Assembly: GCA_039621445.1 (NCBI GenBank)
Contig: CP154954.1
Coordinates: 17,142,589-17,206,588 of the forward strand
Direction of reading: 5' to 3'
From: Euglena gracilis
Taxonomy: Eukaryota
DNA: 64,000 nucleotides
Shown: positions 50,880-62,274 of the stretch, piece after piece
Layout: each line of letters opens with the position of its first letter
How positions within the stretch are numbered: position 1 is the first letter of the stretch
Translations under genes and position numbers: made by a program
The notes under the pieces: generated by a model
Databases searched by the model: none
What the model was told of the DNA's origin: nothing
Seen by the model: only the letters and a program-made list of their open reading frames with translations

Positions 50880-51830
50880 CCCAAAACCCCCCTAAAACGT
50901 CCATAAATTTTCAAAATCGCCACTTTGTAAAAACGCCTAAAATGGACCCAAAACGACCCAAATTTTTGTGCTGGTGTGACCCTTTTAAAATTTTGAGCAC
51001 AAAACGGTGGGGCATCGTTAGCGGAAACCCGCGCACCTCAAACGCGCAGAAATTGGAAAAAAAATTGGGCAATTTGAGCCGCCTACATTTATGTTTATTT
51101 GCGCAAATGCGCAAATAAACATAAACGTGTTAGTGCGCGCATTTGCGCAAAATAAACGCAATCTTGTCCTTCCAGCGTTGGGCTTCTTTCGCTTTGTTCT
51201 TTGCCACGCAACTGGATGTGCGGATCCCGGCCATAAATGGGGTGGGAGACACCTGTCCCCTACATTCCCTGCGGACCCTATTTCTTCCCCTCTGCGCATC
51301 CCTTGCCCAACACGCACTCACCTTCCTTCCCTTGCGTCCTTCCCGCCGGCTTGGTCACACCACACCCACACCCCCCGGCACTTCCTCCCCGCACTTTAAC
51401 AAACAACCCAAAAAACACCACACCAAGGCGCTGCAAGCAACGCAGTCTGGCAAACACCCAGGACGCACACCGTCGGCAGTTCGGGCACACCCGGGGACAC
51501 AGCTGAAAGTAGCAACAAAGGGCAGTAAAGGTCCCGTTCCTATGGCGCTTTTTTGCGTTTTTTTACACTGTGGGCCGGCAAGGTCCCGGGGGTTTCGACG
51601 TACAAAGTCCATTTTCAGACACCCCAAAAACACCATTGTTCGCCAAAGTCCCGGAGGTCACACAGCCAAAAACAGAATTTCGCTCATTTTTTGCACTCTC
51701 TCGTCACCGTGTTTTCAAACCCCCCTGACCTTCACAGCCGAATCAAAGAAGAATCAAAAAAAACTCGTAAATTTGCGCAAGTGCGCAAATAAAAAGAAAA
51801 AAGCTTAAGTGCGAATTTCGGCCGCCTAAG
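50880..51830 (+). mobile_element. Diverged relative of the block C end region
   Basis: TTAGCGGAAACCCGCGC (51018) and TTGGGCAATTTGAGCCGCC resemble 10813 and 10952. It has TGCGCA repeats and ends in the AAGCTTAAGTG...CCGCCTAAG motif. Confidence 0.5.
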
Positions 51831-52940
51831 TTTGGGCTGCCTGACAGGCCCAAATAGGACGGAGAAAACGAAATGCCATTCTTCATTATTGAAGGTTGTT
51901 TTGGTTCTTTCTGGCATCCCTCCACAATAACAACCCCTCTCCATTGAGGCGACGGATGACCCTTGTACAGCCTGGACTGAAAAGTATTCGATGGTTTCTT
52001 TCTGAAGAGTAGTGCTCCAGAATTTTGTCAAAAAATGAATGTTTTCCCTCAACTTATAAGGTTCAAACAGTGAAACTGTAGTGCCTGGCCAAGTCATGCC
52101 ACCCAGTAGAAGAGTCCCTCCATGAATCCCAACCGAAATTCAATTGGCTCTGAGGCCCCATAATTCATAATTTTAAGCAAAATGAAAACCTATAAAAAGA
52201 TTGCTGCCGAGATGCTGGACCTCGGCAGTGTCCATGCGATGTTCTTTTCTGCCGCCGCACCGCCAGACCAAAAAGATGCACCACCAGCTTTCTGGTCCGC
52301 ACCAAAATGTCCACACACAAGGTGAAGCCCGTTTGGTGCAGGCAATCACCAGAAAGTGACTGCACGCACGGGAAGTGGGACGTCCTGCCGTGTCACGGTG
52401 CGCCGGACCACCCCTGAACGCAGCTCAAATTTTGGGGTCTTTTTTAGACAATTGCCCTGTCATTTTTGGTCAATTTAGGCTGGTGATTCATGGAAGAGGG
52501 AGGGCAAGGAACTGACAGTGGTTGAAAATTACAGCAAAGATTGAGCACTTTACCGAAATTTTAGTCAACCATAATTTTTGTCCGCCCTGTGAGGCCAGCA
52601 ACACCTGAACCGTTTCTCCCTTTGGAGAATGCTTCCGGCTCAATGATAAAAATGTACAAACATTAGCATGCATTGACTCTTGCTCCCAGACAATCTGGGG
52701 ACCCCAGGCAGCCCTGCCAGGAGGCAAGCCAGAGGTCAGAGGGCTGCGAAGTGCCCGCAAGGCAAGAACCCCGCGCCGCTTGAACCGAACCAGGGGCCAC
52801 TGGGCTTTGGCTGCAGAGGATGCACTGAGAGAATTGGGCAGGAAGCTGTTTGAGCAGGGTGTTAGGGAGGGGGGTTTGGCACAGGGGTGCCGGCAATGTG
52901 CACTGGCCAAAGAACCCGGAAGCCACTGGATGGATGTGGC

Positions 52941-53619
52941 TAGGGGTCTTTTTAAGACCGGGGGGGGGGGAGGTAAACCCCCCCAAATAATACCCCCCCC
53001 CAAATAATCCCCCCCCCCAAATAATCCCCCCCCCCCCCTTGGGGTCCGACTTCGGCCGCCGAAATAATACCCCCCCCCCTGGTTTCGGGCCGAAGGCCCG
53101 GATTTTTGACCTGAAAATGTAGGTAAAAATCACAATTTCTGACAACAAATTATTGAAAAAATGGATTTTTCTGGCTCATCTGACCTCCAAAAATGGTAAA
53201 TTTCACAAGAAAGTGCAAAAATGTCCCCAAAGGGCGGTTTTGTGTGCTATTTTGTGTTTTACGGGACTTCGGAAAATTTCGAAAATTTTGGAAAAATAAT
53301 ACCCCCCCCCAAATAATACCCCCCCCTCGGGCCGGGACTTCGGGCGAAAAAATAATACCCGGGGGGGGTATTATTTGGGGGGGGGGTTTACCCCCACCCA
53401 CCCACCCTGGGGGGGACCCACTCAATTTCCCCCGAAAATGGCCCAAAAAATAGCGAAAAAATGCCAAAAAATAGCGCCTTTTTCAAAAAAAACTTGGTGA
53501 CTTCGGCACCGAAAAGTGTACATCCTCCCCCCCCCCCCTGGGGGGACCCCGGGGAGGGGGTTCGGCCGGACCCACCCACCCTATCCCCCCCGGGGTCCAC
53601 GACCAAAAAGAAACCCCTG
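52941..53619. mobile_element. hAT-like MITE (paralogue of 4547-4802) with a nested insertion
   Basis: TAGGGG...CCCCTG with flanks GATGTGGC/AATGCGGC. Confidence 0.85.
52976..53388. mobile_element. TA-inserting (Tc1/mariner-type) MITE, 413 bp
   Basis: TIR AA(C)nAAATAATACCCCCCCC / GGGGGGGGTATTATTT(G)nTT. TA is duplicated at 52974-75 and 53389-90, and is single at the empty site near 4768. Confidence 0.9.
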
Positions 53620-54711
53620 AATGCGGCGTCTCGTGTGCTGGCTTTTTGCTATCAGAAGCCACAAAGCTGGACAAGAAAAGTGCGGCAGTGCATTATTGCT
53701 TCGTGTGCCGCACATCGTTGCCAGGAGGCAGAATTCAACCAACCCCGTGGAGGAGAAGGGGGTATCGGGGTTCTGGCTGTGTTTCCAGGCAGGCAAAACC
53801 CCCAGGGGTCGTACCTACCTCAGAAATCTGCCCAGAACAGGTCCCTTTAGGGACTCCAGAAGGGTTTGCACCTTTGCACTGGTGATTGGACGGACCCATC
53901 TGGGGGGGGGGGGTGAAAAAGGTTAATCAAAAGGTACTCAACCCCCGACTTTTCATCATTTCAACATCATTTTTTTTCAAAATAATCTTTTGGGGTCATT
54001 GTTTTTCAGGTCTGTCTCATAAAGAAAATTTTCGAAACCCCAACCGCCCAAAAGCTTCGGCCAATTTTTAAAATATGTACCGGTACTTTTGGCTCGACCC
54101 ATGCCCAGGCCCCTCAGCATGAGGCCCACTCTTGTGCACGAAAAGCACAAACGTCCAATTGTGAATCCATTTTGAATCCACATGAATCATCCCCATCCTT
54201 ACAATGAACCTCTTAAATATTTCCCTTGAACCTTGGGCTTTGGGTCTGAGTGACAGCCCAGAGGAACTCCGCATTTGTGGCATAAAAAAATGCGCGGCTT
54301 GTGTCACGCATCAGTATGAACCAAGCTAGTGGGGTGAACAGCCCTGGACCGGAAAAAAACACCCATGGGAGGGGACCCAGTCTGGGAATTGAATCAGTCA
54401 CACCAACCAAAACATCGATCAGCCACCTCCATCTCCTGATGTGAAGGAAACAGTCGGTGCAGCAAACTCTGGGGTGGGGCAGCTCGGCAGACAGCCTGAG
54501 CCTAAGCCTCAGCAGGAGCCGTTGGGCTGACCCGGCGGAGGAAGGGGCAGCAGACAAGACTGGAAAGGCTTGGGATTTCTTACCACTCACCCTTGGGTCC
54601 ATCGTGGCAGGGATAAACCATGTGCCCCCCCGGGGGGGGGGGGGGGCATGGTTCATCTGGTCCCACTTTCATGATTTCTTAGGATTACATCACAGCCGGA
54701 CTCCCGAGAGC

Positions 54712-55510
54712 CACATATGGCGTAAAGTGCAGCCCCCACACTTAAGCGTGGCTGTGGGGGGGGTATGTGTGGGGGGGGGGGTTTGTGGTGGGGGGGGGTG
54801 GAGGGTGTGGGGGGGGGGGGGGGGGGGGGGGGGGGAGGGGGGGTCTTTCCATGAACACACAAGGGATGATGTTATTTGGGTTCTGGGGGGTCCGGGGAGG
54901 GGGGGGGGGCGGACGAGGCCGAAGGCCGAGTAAGTCAAAAAATGACACCCGAATGGTCAAAAAATGACACACGTGTGGCCTGGATTTCAAAATGCATTCC
55001 CGCATATGTTTACACCATGAACCTATTCTAATTTCGAACATCATTTCGCATCAAATGCAACCTACACGCCATGGTTGCCTAGGATGTGCCAGCCTCGTGG
55101 TTGTATGAGAAGCGTTCAGAGTACGCCACGACGGATGCTGCTGCCGATGATGAGTAACTGACCGCCTGCCCGAACCTCCTTTTGCTGCAGCCGTCTGCTT
55201 GCTGCTAGCCCATCCCTGCTGCCACCATTCGCCCTTCGCACCATGCACAACGCAACCATGTCACTATGAAATATCATTAGTCTACCGGCTGCATCCCATG
55301 CCTTGTGTTCCTCGTTTAACACTGCCTAGATTACATTCAATGCCGTAGCAGTACATTGGGAAAGTGGGGGGATGTGCGGGGGGGTGGGGGGGGGGGGGGG
55401 GGGGGGGGGTGGGGGGGGGGGGGGGGGGGGTGGGTGGGGGTTATTGTGGGGTACTGCGGGGTACTGTGGGGTACTGTGGGGTACTGTGGGGGATCCACTT
55501 TACGCCATAT
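54712..55510. mobile_element. TIR element (799 bp) with a unique internal segment
   Basis: TIR ATATGGCGTAAAGTG.A.CCCCCACA at both ends. Direct repeat CCGAGAGC at 54704-11 and 55511-18. Confidence 0.75.
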
Positions 55511-55897
55511 CCGAGAGCTCCCATTTTTTTTGGAATTTGGCCCTGTTCTGGAGATGTTTGGCCGAAAATAGTCCGAATTCAGGAAAATTTAGACAAAAAA
55601 AGGTCTGAGGGGCTTTTCTCAGGCAGTGGATCTCGCATTTTCTTTGGTGATGTTGGCAAATGCTCACATTGACATTTTTTGTGTAAGTCCTAAACCGGCC
55701 GACCGCACCTGGAGGAAAAAGAGATATATTTTGTTACTTTCGCAACGCCCATCAGGAAACAAAAAGGTTTCAAACTAACCATCCTAACAAGCGATGAAAT
55801 TACATCCTGAGTGACAGCTTGTGTTTCTGTCTGCCAAACAGGTTGGATGAACGCGCTGGCTGTTGCGCCAAGAGGTATTGGTGTGTACGTGCTGCCT

Positions 55898-55992
55898 GTA
55901 ACCCCCTCCAAATATAAAGCCCCCCCCCCAAATATAAAGCCCCCCCTGACGGGTTTGGTTTTGCCGCCCAAACATAAAGCCTCCCCTGACGT
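55898..55992 (+). mobile_element. Terminus fragment of a TA-inserting MITE
   Basis: TAACCCCCTCCAAATATAAAGCCCC with three CAAA(T/C)ATAAAGCC repeats. Same family as 3546. Confidence 0.6.
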
Positions 55993-56172
55993 GGAACCAG
56001 ACGCTAGGAAAAAGGAGAAAAATTTTGGGTGGATACAGCATTTTTTTCTTTCACCAGAAATGCTAATTTTGGAAAAGAATTGCACATTTTGCAAAACATA
56101 GGAGGTATACAACGAAAATTTTGGCATGAAATTGATATTTGGCCGCAATTGAAGGCCACCGAAGGTCATACA

Positions 56173-56633
56173 CAGGGATGGATGGGAGGCCTTGAGGGGG
56201 GGGGGTCGGACCCCCCCCCCCTCCCGACACGGAGGGGGGGGGGTGGGTCGGACCCCCCCCTCCTACCTCGAAACTGAGGGGGGGGGCGGTTTTTTTTCGA
56301 TTTCATGGACGGGCAAAGGGCCGGAAATCGGGTCGGAATCGGTCAAAAACCCCTGATTTTTCTTTGAAAATCGATCCAAAAATGCTCATTTTTGAATTTT
56401 TTTTGAACATGTTTTTTGGGGGAAAACACCAACACATCAAAAAATGGGTAATATGGTCAAAAGTCAGCAAAAGGGGTGTTTTTTTGCTCATTTTCCGGCG
56501 CGCAGCGCCGGAAGAAAATTTTCTGCTATTTTTGGCACCTGTAAAGGAGGGGGGGGGGGGGGGTCCGGACCCCCCCTCCCAACATCTAGGGGGGGGGGTG
56601 GTACGGCCCCCCGCCTACCACCTGATCCCCCTG
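56173..56633. mobile_element. hAT-like MITE immediately upstream of array 3
   Basis: CAGGGATGG.TGGGAGGC ... GCCTACCACCTGATCCCCCTG with internal GGGTCGGACCCC repeats. No TSD match. Confidence 0.65.
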
Positions 56634-56654
56634 GGTGTGGGGGGTGGTCGGGAC

Positions 56655-59600
56655 CAGGTTTTGAATAGTGCTGAGCGCTTTATAGTGCGCCCCCACCCCT
56701 TCATTGACACCGGCCCTGCGGCCCGGCCGGCAGCCCGGCGGCCCGGCCAGCAGACCCGGCGGCCCCGGCCCGGCCGGCCGGCGGCCCTGGTGGCCCGGCC
56801 CGGCGGCACCGGCCGGTGGCCCGGCGGCCCGGCCCATCGGCCCGGCGCCCGGCAGCCCGGGCGCCCGGCGCACGCGTGCCCGGCGGCGCCGGCGGCCTCG
56901 GCCGGCGGCCCCGGCAGCCCGCGGCCCGGCCAGCGCCCGGCGGCCCTGCGGCCCGGCCGGCGGCCCGGCGGCCGGCGCCCGGCGGCGGGGCCCGGCGGCC
57001 CGGTGGCCCGGCTGGCGGCCCGGCCGGCCCGGCGGCCCCGCGGCCCGGCCAGCGGCCCGGCTTGGGAGGCTTGGGAGGGGGTTGAAAAACGGTCATTTTC
57101 GATTTTTTTTTCGAATTTTTTGACCCGGTTTTGACCCAAAGTCAACGGGTTGGCGGCCCAAAACGGGGCGCCGGCGGGTCGAAAAACGCTCGTTTTCGGC
57201 TCAAAAACAGTTTTTCCGGGTCCGGGAGGCCAAAAAAACATCGTTTTGGGCAAAAAAAAATTTTCGATTTTTTTCGACTGTTTTGACCCGGTTTTGACCC
57301 AAAGTCAATAATGGGTTGGCGGCCCAAAACGGGGCGCTGGCGGGTCGAAAAACGCTCGTTTTCGGCTCAAAAACAGTTTGTCCGGGTCCGGGAGGCCAAA
57401 AAACATCGTTTCGGGAAAAAAAAAATTTTTCGATTTTTTTCGACTTTTTTGACCCGGGTTTGACCCAAAGTCAATGGGTTGGCGGCCCAAAACGGGGCGC
57501 CGGCGGGTCGAAAAACGCTCGTTTTCGGCTCAAAAACAGTTTTTCCGGGTCCGGGAGGCCAAAAAACATCGTTTTGGGCAAAAAAATTTTTCGATTTTTT
57601 TCGACTTTTTTGACCCGGGTTTGACCCAAAGTCAATGGGCTGGCGGCCCAAAACGGGGCGCTGGCGGGTCGAAAAACGCTCATTTTCGGCTCAAAAACAG
57701 TTTTTCCGGGTCCGGGAGGCCAAAAAACATCGTTTTGGGCAAAAAAAAATTTTCGATTTTTTTCGACTTTTTTGACCCGGGTTTGACCCAAAGTCAATAA
57801 TGGGTTGGCGGCTTAAAACGGGGCGCTGGCGGGTCGAAAAACGCTCATTTTTGGCTCAAAAACAGTTTTTCCGGGTGGGCCAAAAAACATCGACCCGGGA
57901 GGCCAAAAAACATCGTTTTGGGCAAAAAAAAATTTTCGATTTTTTTCGACTTTTTTGACCCGGGTTTGACCCAAAGTCAATGGGTTGGCGGCCCAAAACG
58001 GGGCGCCGGCGGGTCGAAAAACGCTCGTTTTCGGCTCAAAAACAGTTTTTCCGGGTCCGGGAGGCCAAAAAAACATCGTTTTGGGAAAAAAAATTTTTCG
58101 ATTTTTTTCGACTTTTTTGACCCGGGTTTGACCCAAAGTCAATGGGTTTGCGGCCCAAAACGGGGCGCCGGCGGGTCGAAAAACGCTCGTTTTCGGCTCA
58201 AAAACAGTTTTTCCGGGTCCGGGAGGCCAAAAAAACATCGTTTTGGGAAAAAAAAATTTCGATTTTTTTCGACTTTTTTGACCCGGGTTTGACCCAAAGT
58301 CAATGGGTTTGCGGCCCAAAACGGGGCGCTGGCGGGTCGAAAAACGCTCATTTCTGGCTCAAAAACAGTTTTTCCTGGTAGGCCAAAAAACATCGTTTTG
58401 GGCAAAAAAAATTTTTCGATTTTTTTCGACTTTTTTGACCCGGGTTTGACCCAAAGTCAATGGGTTGGCGGCCCAAAACGGGGCGCCGGCGGGTCGAAAA
58501 ACGCTCGTTTTCGGCTCAAAAACAGTTTTTCCGGGTCCGGGAGGCCAAAAAACATCGTTTTGGGCAAAAAAATTTTTTCGATTTTTTTCGACTTTTTTGA
58601 CCCGGGTTTGACCCAAAGTCAATGGGTTGGCGGCCCAAAACGGGGCGCCGGCGGGTCGAAAAACGCTCGTTTTCGGCTCAAAAACAGTTTTTCCGGGTCC
58701 GGGAGGACCAAAAACATCGTTTTGGGCAAAAAATTTTTTTTCGATTTTTTTCGACTTTTTTGACCCGGGTTTGACCCAAAGTCAATGGGCTGGCGGCCCA
58801 AAACGGGGCGCCGGCGGGTCGAAAAACGCTCATTTTCGGCTCAAAAACAGTTTTTCCGGGTCCGGGAGGCCAAAAAACATCGTTTTGGGCAAAAAAAAAA
58901 ATTTCGATTTTTTCGACTTTTTTGACCCGGGTTTGACCCAAAGTCAATAATGGGTTGGCGGCTTAAAACGGGGCGCTGGCGGGTCGAAAAACGCTCATTT
59001 TTGGCTCAAAAACAGTTTTTCCGGGTAGGCCAAAAAACATCGTTTTGGGCAAAAAAAAATTTTCGATTTTTTTCGACTTTTTTGACCCGGGTTTGACCCA
59101 AAGTCAATGGGTTGGCGGCCCAAAACGGGGCGCTGGCGGGTCGAAAAACGCTCATTTTCGGCTCAAAAACAGTTTTTCCGGGTAGGCCAAAAAACATCGT
59201 TTTGGGCAAAAAAAATTTTTCGATTTTTTTCGACTTTTTTGACCCGGGTTTGACCCAAAGTCAATGGGTTGGCGGCCCAAAACAAGGCGCCGGCGGGTCG
59301 AAAAACGCTCGTTTTCGGCTCAAAAACAGTTTTTCTGGGTCCGGGAGGCCAAAAAACATCGTTTTGGGCAAAAAAAATTTTTCGATTTTTTTCGACTTTT
59401 TTGACCCGGGTTTGACCCAAAGTCAATGGGTTGGCGGCCCAAAACGGGGCGCCGGCGGGTCGAAAAACGCTCGTTTTCGGCTCAAAAACAGTTTTTCTGG
59501 GTCCGGGAGGCCAAAAAACATCGTTTTGGGCAAAAAAATTTTTCATTTTTTTCGACTTTTTTGACCCGGGTTTGACCCAAAGTCAATGGGTTGGCGGCCC

Positions 59601-62272
59601 AAATAAAGGGGACGCTTTTTGTGTGTGTGGAGGGCGCAGAAAAAAATCGAAAGACAAAACGCTCGCGTTTCGGCTCAAAAACAGTTTTCCGGGTCCTGGG
59701 TGTCGGCCGGGAGGCCAAAAAACATCGTTTTGGGCAAAAAAAAAATTTTTCGATTTTTTTCGACTTTTTTGACCCGGTTTTGACCCAAAGTCAATGGGTT
59801 GGCGGCCCAAAACGGGGCGCTGGCGGGTCGAAAACCGCCCCGGCCCCCCCCCCTGTTTTCATTTTCGGCTCAAAAACAGTTTTTTTTCCTTTTTTTTTTT
59901 TTTTTCCCCGGGTCCGGGAGGCCAAAAACATCGTTTGGGCAAAAAAAAATTTTTCGATTTTTTTCGACTTTTTTGACCCGGTTTGAACCAAAGTTAATGG
60001 GTTCGCGGCCCCAAACGGGGCGCTGGCGGGTCGAAAAACGCTCGTTTTTTTCGGCTCAAAAACAGTTTTTCCGGGTCCGGGAGGCCCAAAAAACATCGTT
60101 TTGGGCAAAAAAAAAATTTTTCGATTTTTTTCGACTTTTTTGACCCGGTTTTGACCCAAAGTCAATGGGTCGGCGGCCCAAAACGGGGCGCTGGCGGGTC
60201 GAAAAACGCTCGTTTTCGGCTCAAAAACAGTTTTTCCGGGTCCGGGAGGCCAAAAAACATCGTTTTGGGCAAAAAAAAATTTTTTCGATTTTTTTCGACT
60301 TTTTTGACCCGGGTTTGACCCAAAGTCAATGGGTTGGCGGCCCAAAACGGGGCGCTGGCGGGTCGAAAAACGCTCGTTTTGGGCTCAAAACGTTTTTCCG
60401 GGAGGCCAAAAAAAATCGTTTCAAAAAAAATTTTTTCGATTTTTTTCGCGACTTTTTTGACCCGGTTTTGACCCAAAGTCAATGGGTCGGCGGCCCAAAA
60501 CGGGGCGTGGGCGGTTAAAAAAAGGCTCATTTTCGGTCAAAAAACAGTTTTTCCGGTTCCGGAAGGCAAAAAACAATGTTTTGGGGAAAAAAAAAATTTT
60601 CGATTTTTTTCGACTTTTTTGACCCGGTTTTGACCCAAAGTCAATGGGTTGGCGGCCCAAAACGGGGCGCTGGCGGGTCGAAAAAAGCTCCTTTTCGGCT
60701 CAAAAACAGTTTTTCCGGGTCCGGGAGGCCAAAAAAAATTCGTTTGGGCAAAAAAAAATTTTTTCGATTTTTTTCGACTTTTTTGACCCGGTTTTGACCC
60801 AAAGTCAATAATGGGGTGGCGGCCCAAAACGGGGCGCTGGCGGGTCGAAAAACGCTCGTTTTCGGCTCAAAAACAGTTTTTCCGGGTCCGGGAGGCCAAA
60901 AAACATCGTTTCGGGCAAAAAAAAATTTTCGATTTTTTTCGAATTTTTTGACCCGGTTTTGACCCAAAGTCAATAATGGGTTGGCGGCCCAAAACGGGGC
61001 GCTGGCGGGTCGAAAAACGCTCATTTTCGGCTCAAAAACAGTTTTTCCGGGTCCGGGAGGCCAAAAAACATCGTTTCGGGAAAAAAAAATTTTCGATTTT
61101 TTTCGACTTTTTTGACCCGGGTTTGACCCAAAGTCAATGGGTTTGCGGCCCAAAACGGGGCGCCGGCGGGTCGAAAAACGCTCGTTTTCGGCTCAAAAAC
61201 AGTTTTTCCGGGTCCGGGAGGCCAAAAAACATCGTTTGGGGAAAAAAAAAATTTCGATTTTTTTCGACTTTTTTGACCCGGTTTTGACCCAAAGTCAATA
61301 ATGGGTTGGCGGCCCAAAACGGGGCGCTGGCGGGTCGAAAAACGCTCATTTTCGGCTCAAAAACAGTTTTTCCGGGTCCGGGAGGCCAAAAAACATCGTT
61401 TCGGGAAAAAAAAAAATTCGATTTTTTTCGACTGTTTTGACCCGGTTTTGACCCAAAGTCAATAATGGGTTGGCGGCTTAAAACGGGGCGCTGGCGGGTC
61501 GAAAAACGCTCATTTTCGGCTCAAAAACAGTTTTTCCGGGTCCGGGAGGCCAAAAAACATCGTTTCGGAAAAAATTTTTTTCGATTTTTTTCGACTTTTT
61601 TGACCCGGGTTTGACCCAAAGTCAATGGGTTGGCGGCCCAAAACGGGGTGCCGGCAGGTCGAAAAACGCTCGTTTTCGGCTCAAAAACAGTTTTTCCGGG
61701 TCCGGGAGGCCAAAAAACATCGTTTTGGGCAAAAAAAAATTTTCGATTTTTTTCGACTTTTTTGACCCGGGTTTGACCCAAAGTCAATGGGCTGGCGGCC
61801 CAAAACGGGGCGCCGGCGGGTCGAAAAACGCTCATTTTCGGCTCAAAAACAGTTTTTCCGGGTCCGGGAGGCCAAAAAACATCGTTTTGGGCAAAAAAAA
61901 AATTTCGATTTTTTTCGACTTTTTTGACCCGGGTTTGACCCAAAGTCAATGGGCTGGCGGCCCAAAACGGGGCGCCGGCGGGTCGAAAAACGCTCATTTT
62001 CGGCTCAAAAACAGTTTTTCCGGGTCCGGGAGGCCAAAAAACATCGTTTTGGGCAAACAAAAAATTTCGATTTTTTTCGACTTTTTTGACCGAAAACGGC
62101 CAAGTCGGACAGAGGGAAAAGTGTACAAAATGGCCTAAATTGGCTGAAAAACGGCCGTATCTCGAGCCAGGCGGTGAGCTGCGGGGAAACCAAAATCTCA
62201 GTAGATAGAGCGTTCCAAGGGCTTCAATTTAGGTCTCTGGACATTTCCTTTGATTTTGCATCATTTTCGAGA
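56655..62272 (+). mobile_element. Long copy of the satellite-bearing element (head, GC tract, about 31 x 163-bp units at 57085-62090, truncated tail)
   Basis: Head is identical to 30798. Tandem 163-bp units follow. Tail 62090-62272 matches 19300-19495. Confidence 0.92.
56710..57062. repeat. Nearly pure G/C low-complexity tract (CCCGG/CGGCC motifs)
   Basis: About 350 bp built from GGCCCGGC variants. Confidence 0.9.
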
Positions 62273-62274
62273 AT

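Larger units (their letters stand above)
52734..54568. repeat. Duplicated block B, right (inverted) copy
   Basis: Reverse complement of 3603-5009. Confidence 0.95.

Noticed and set aside
56364-57253. Arg/Pro/Gly/Ala-rich ORFs
   Set aside because: Products of the GC-only tract.
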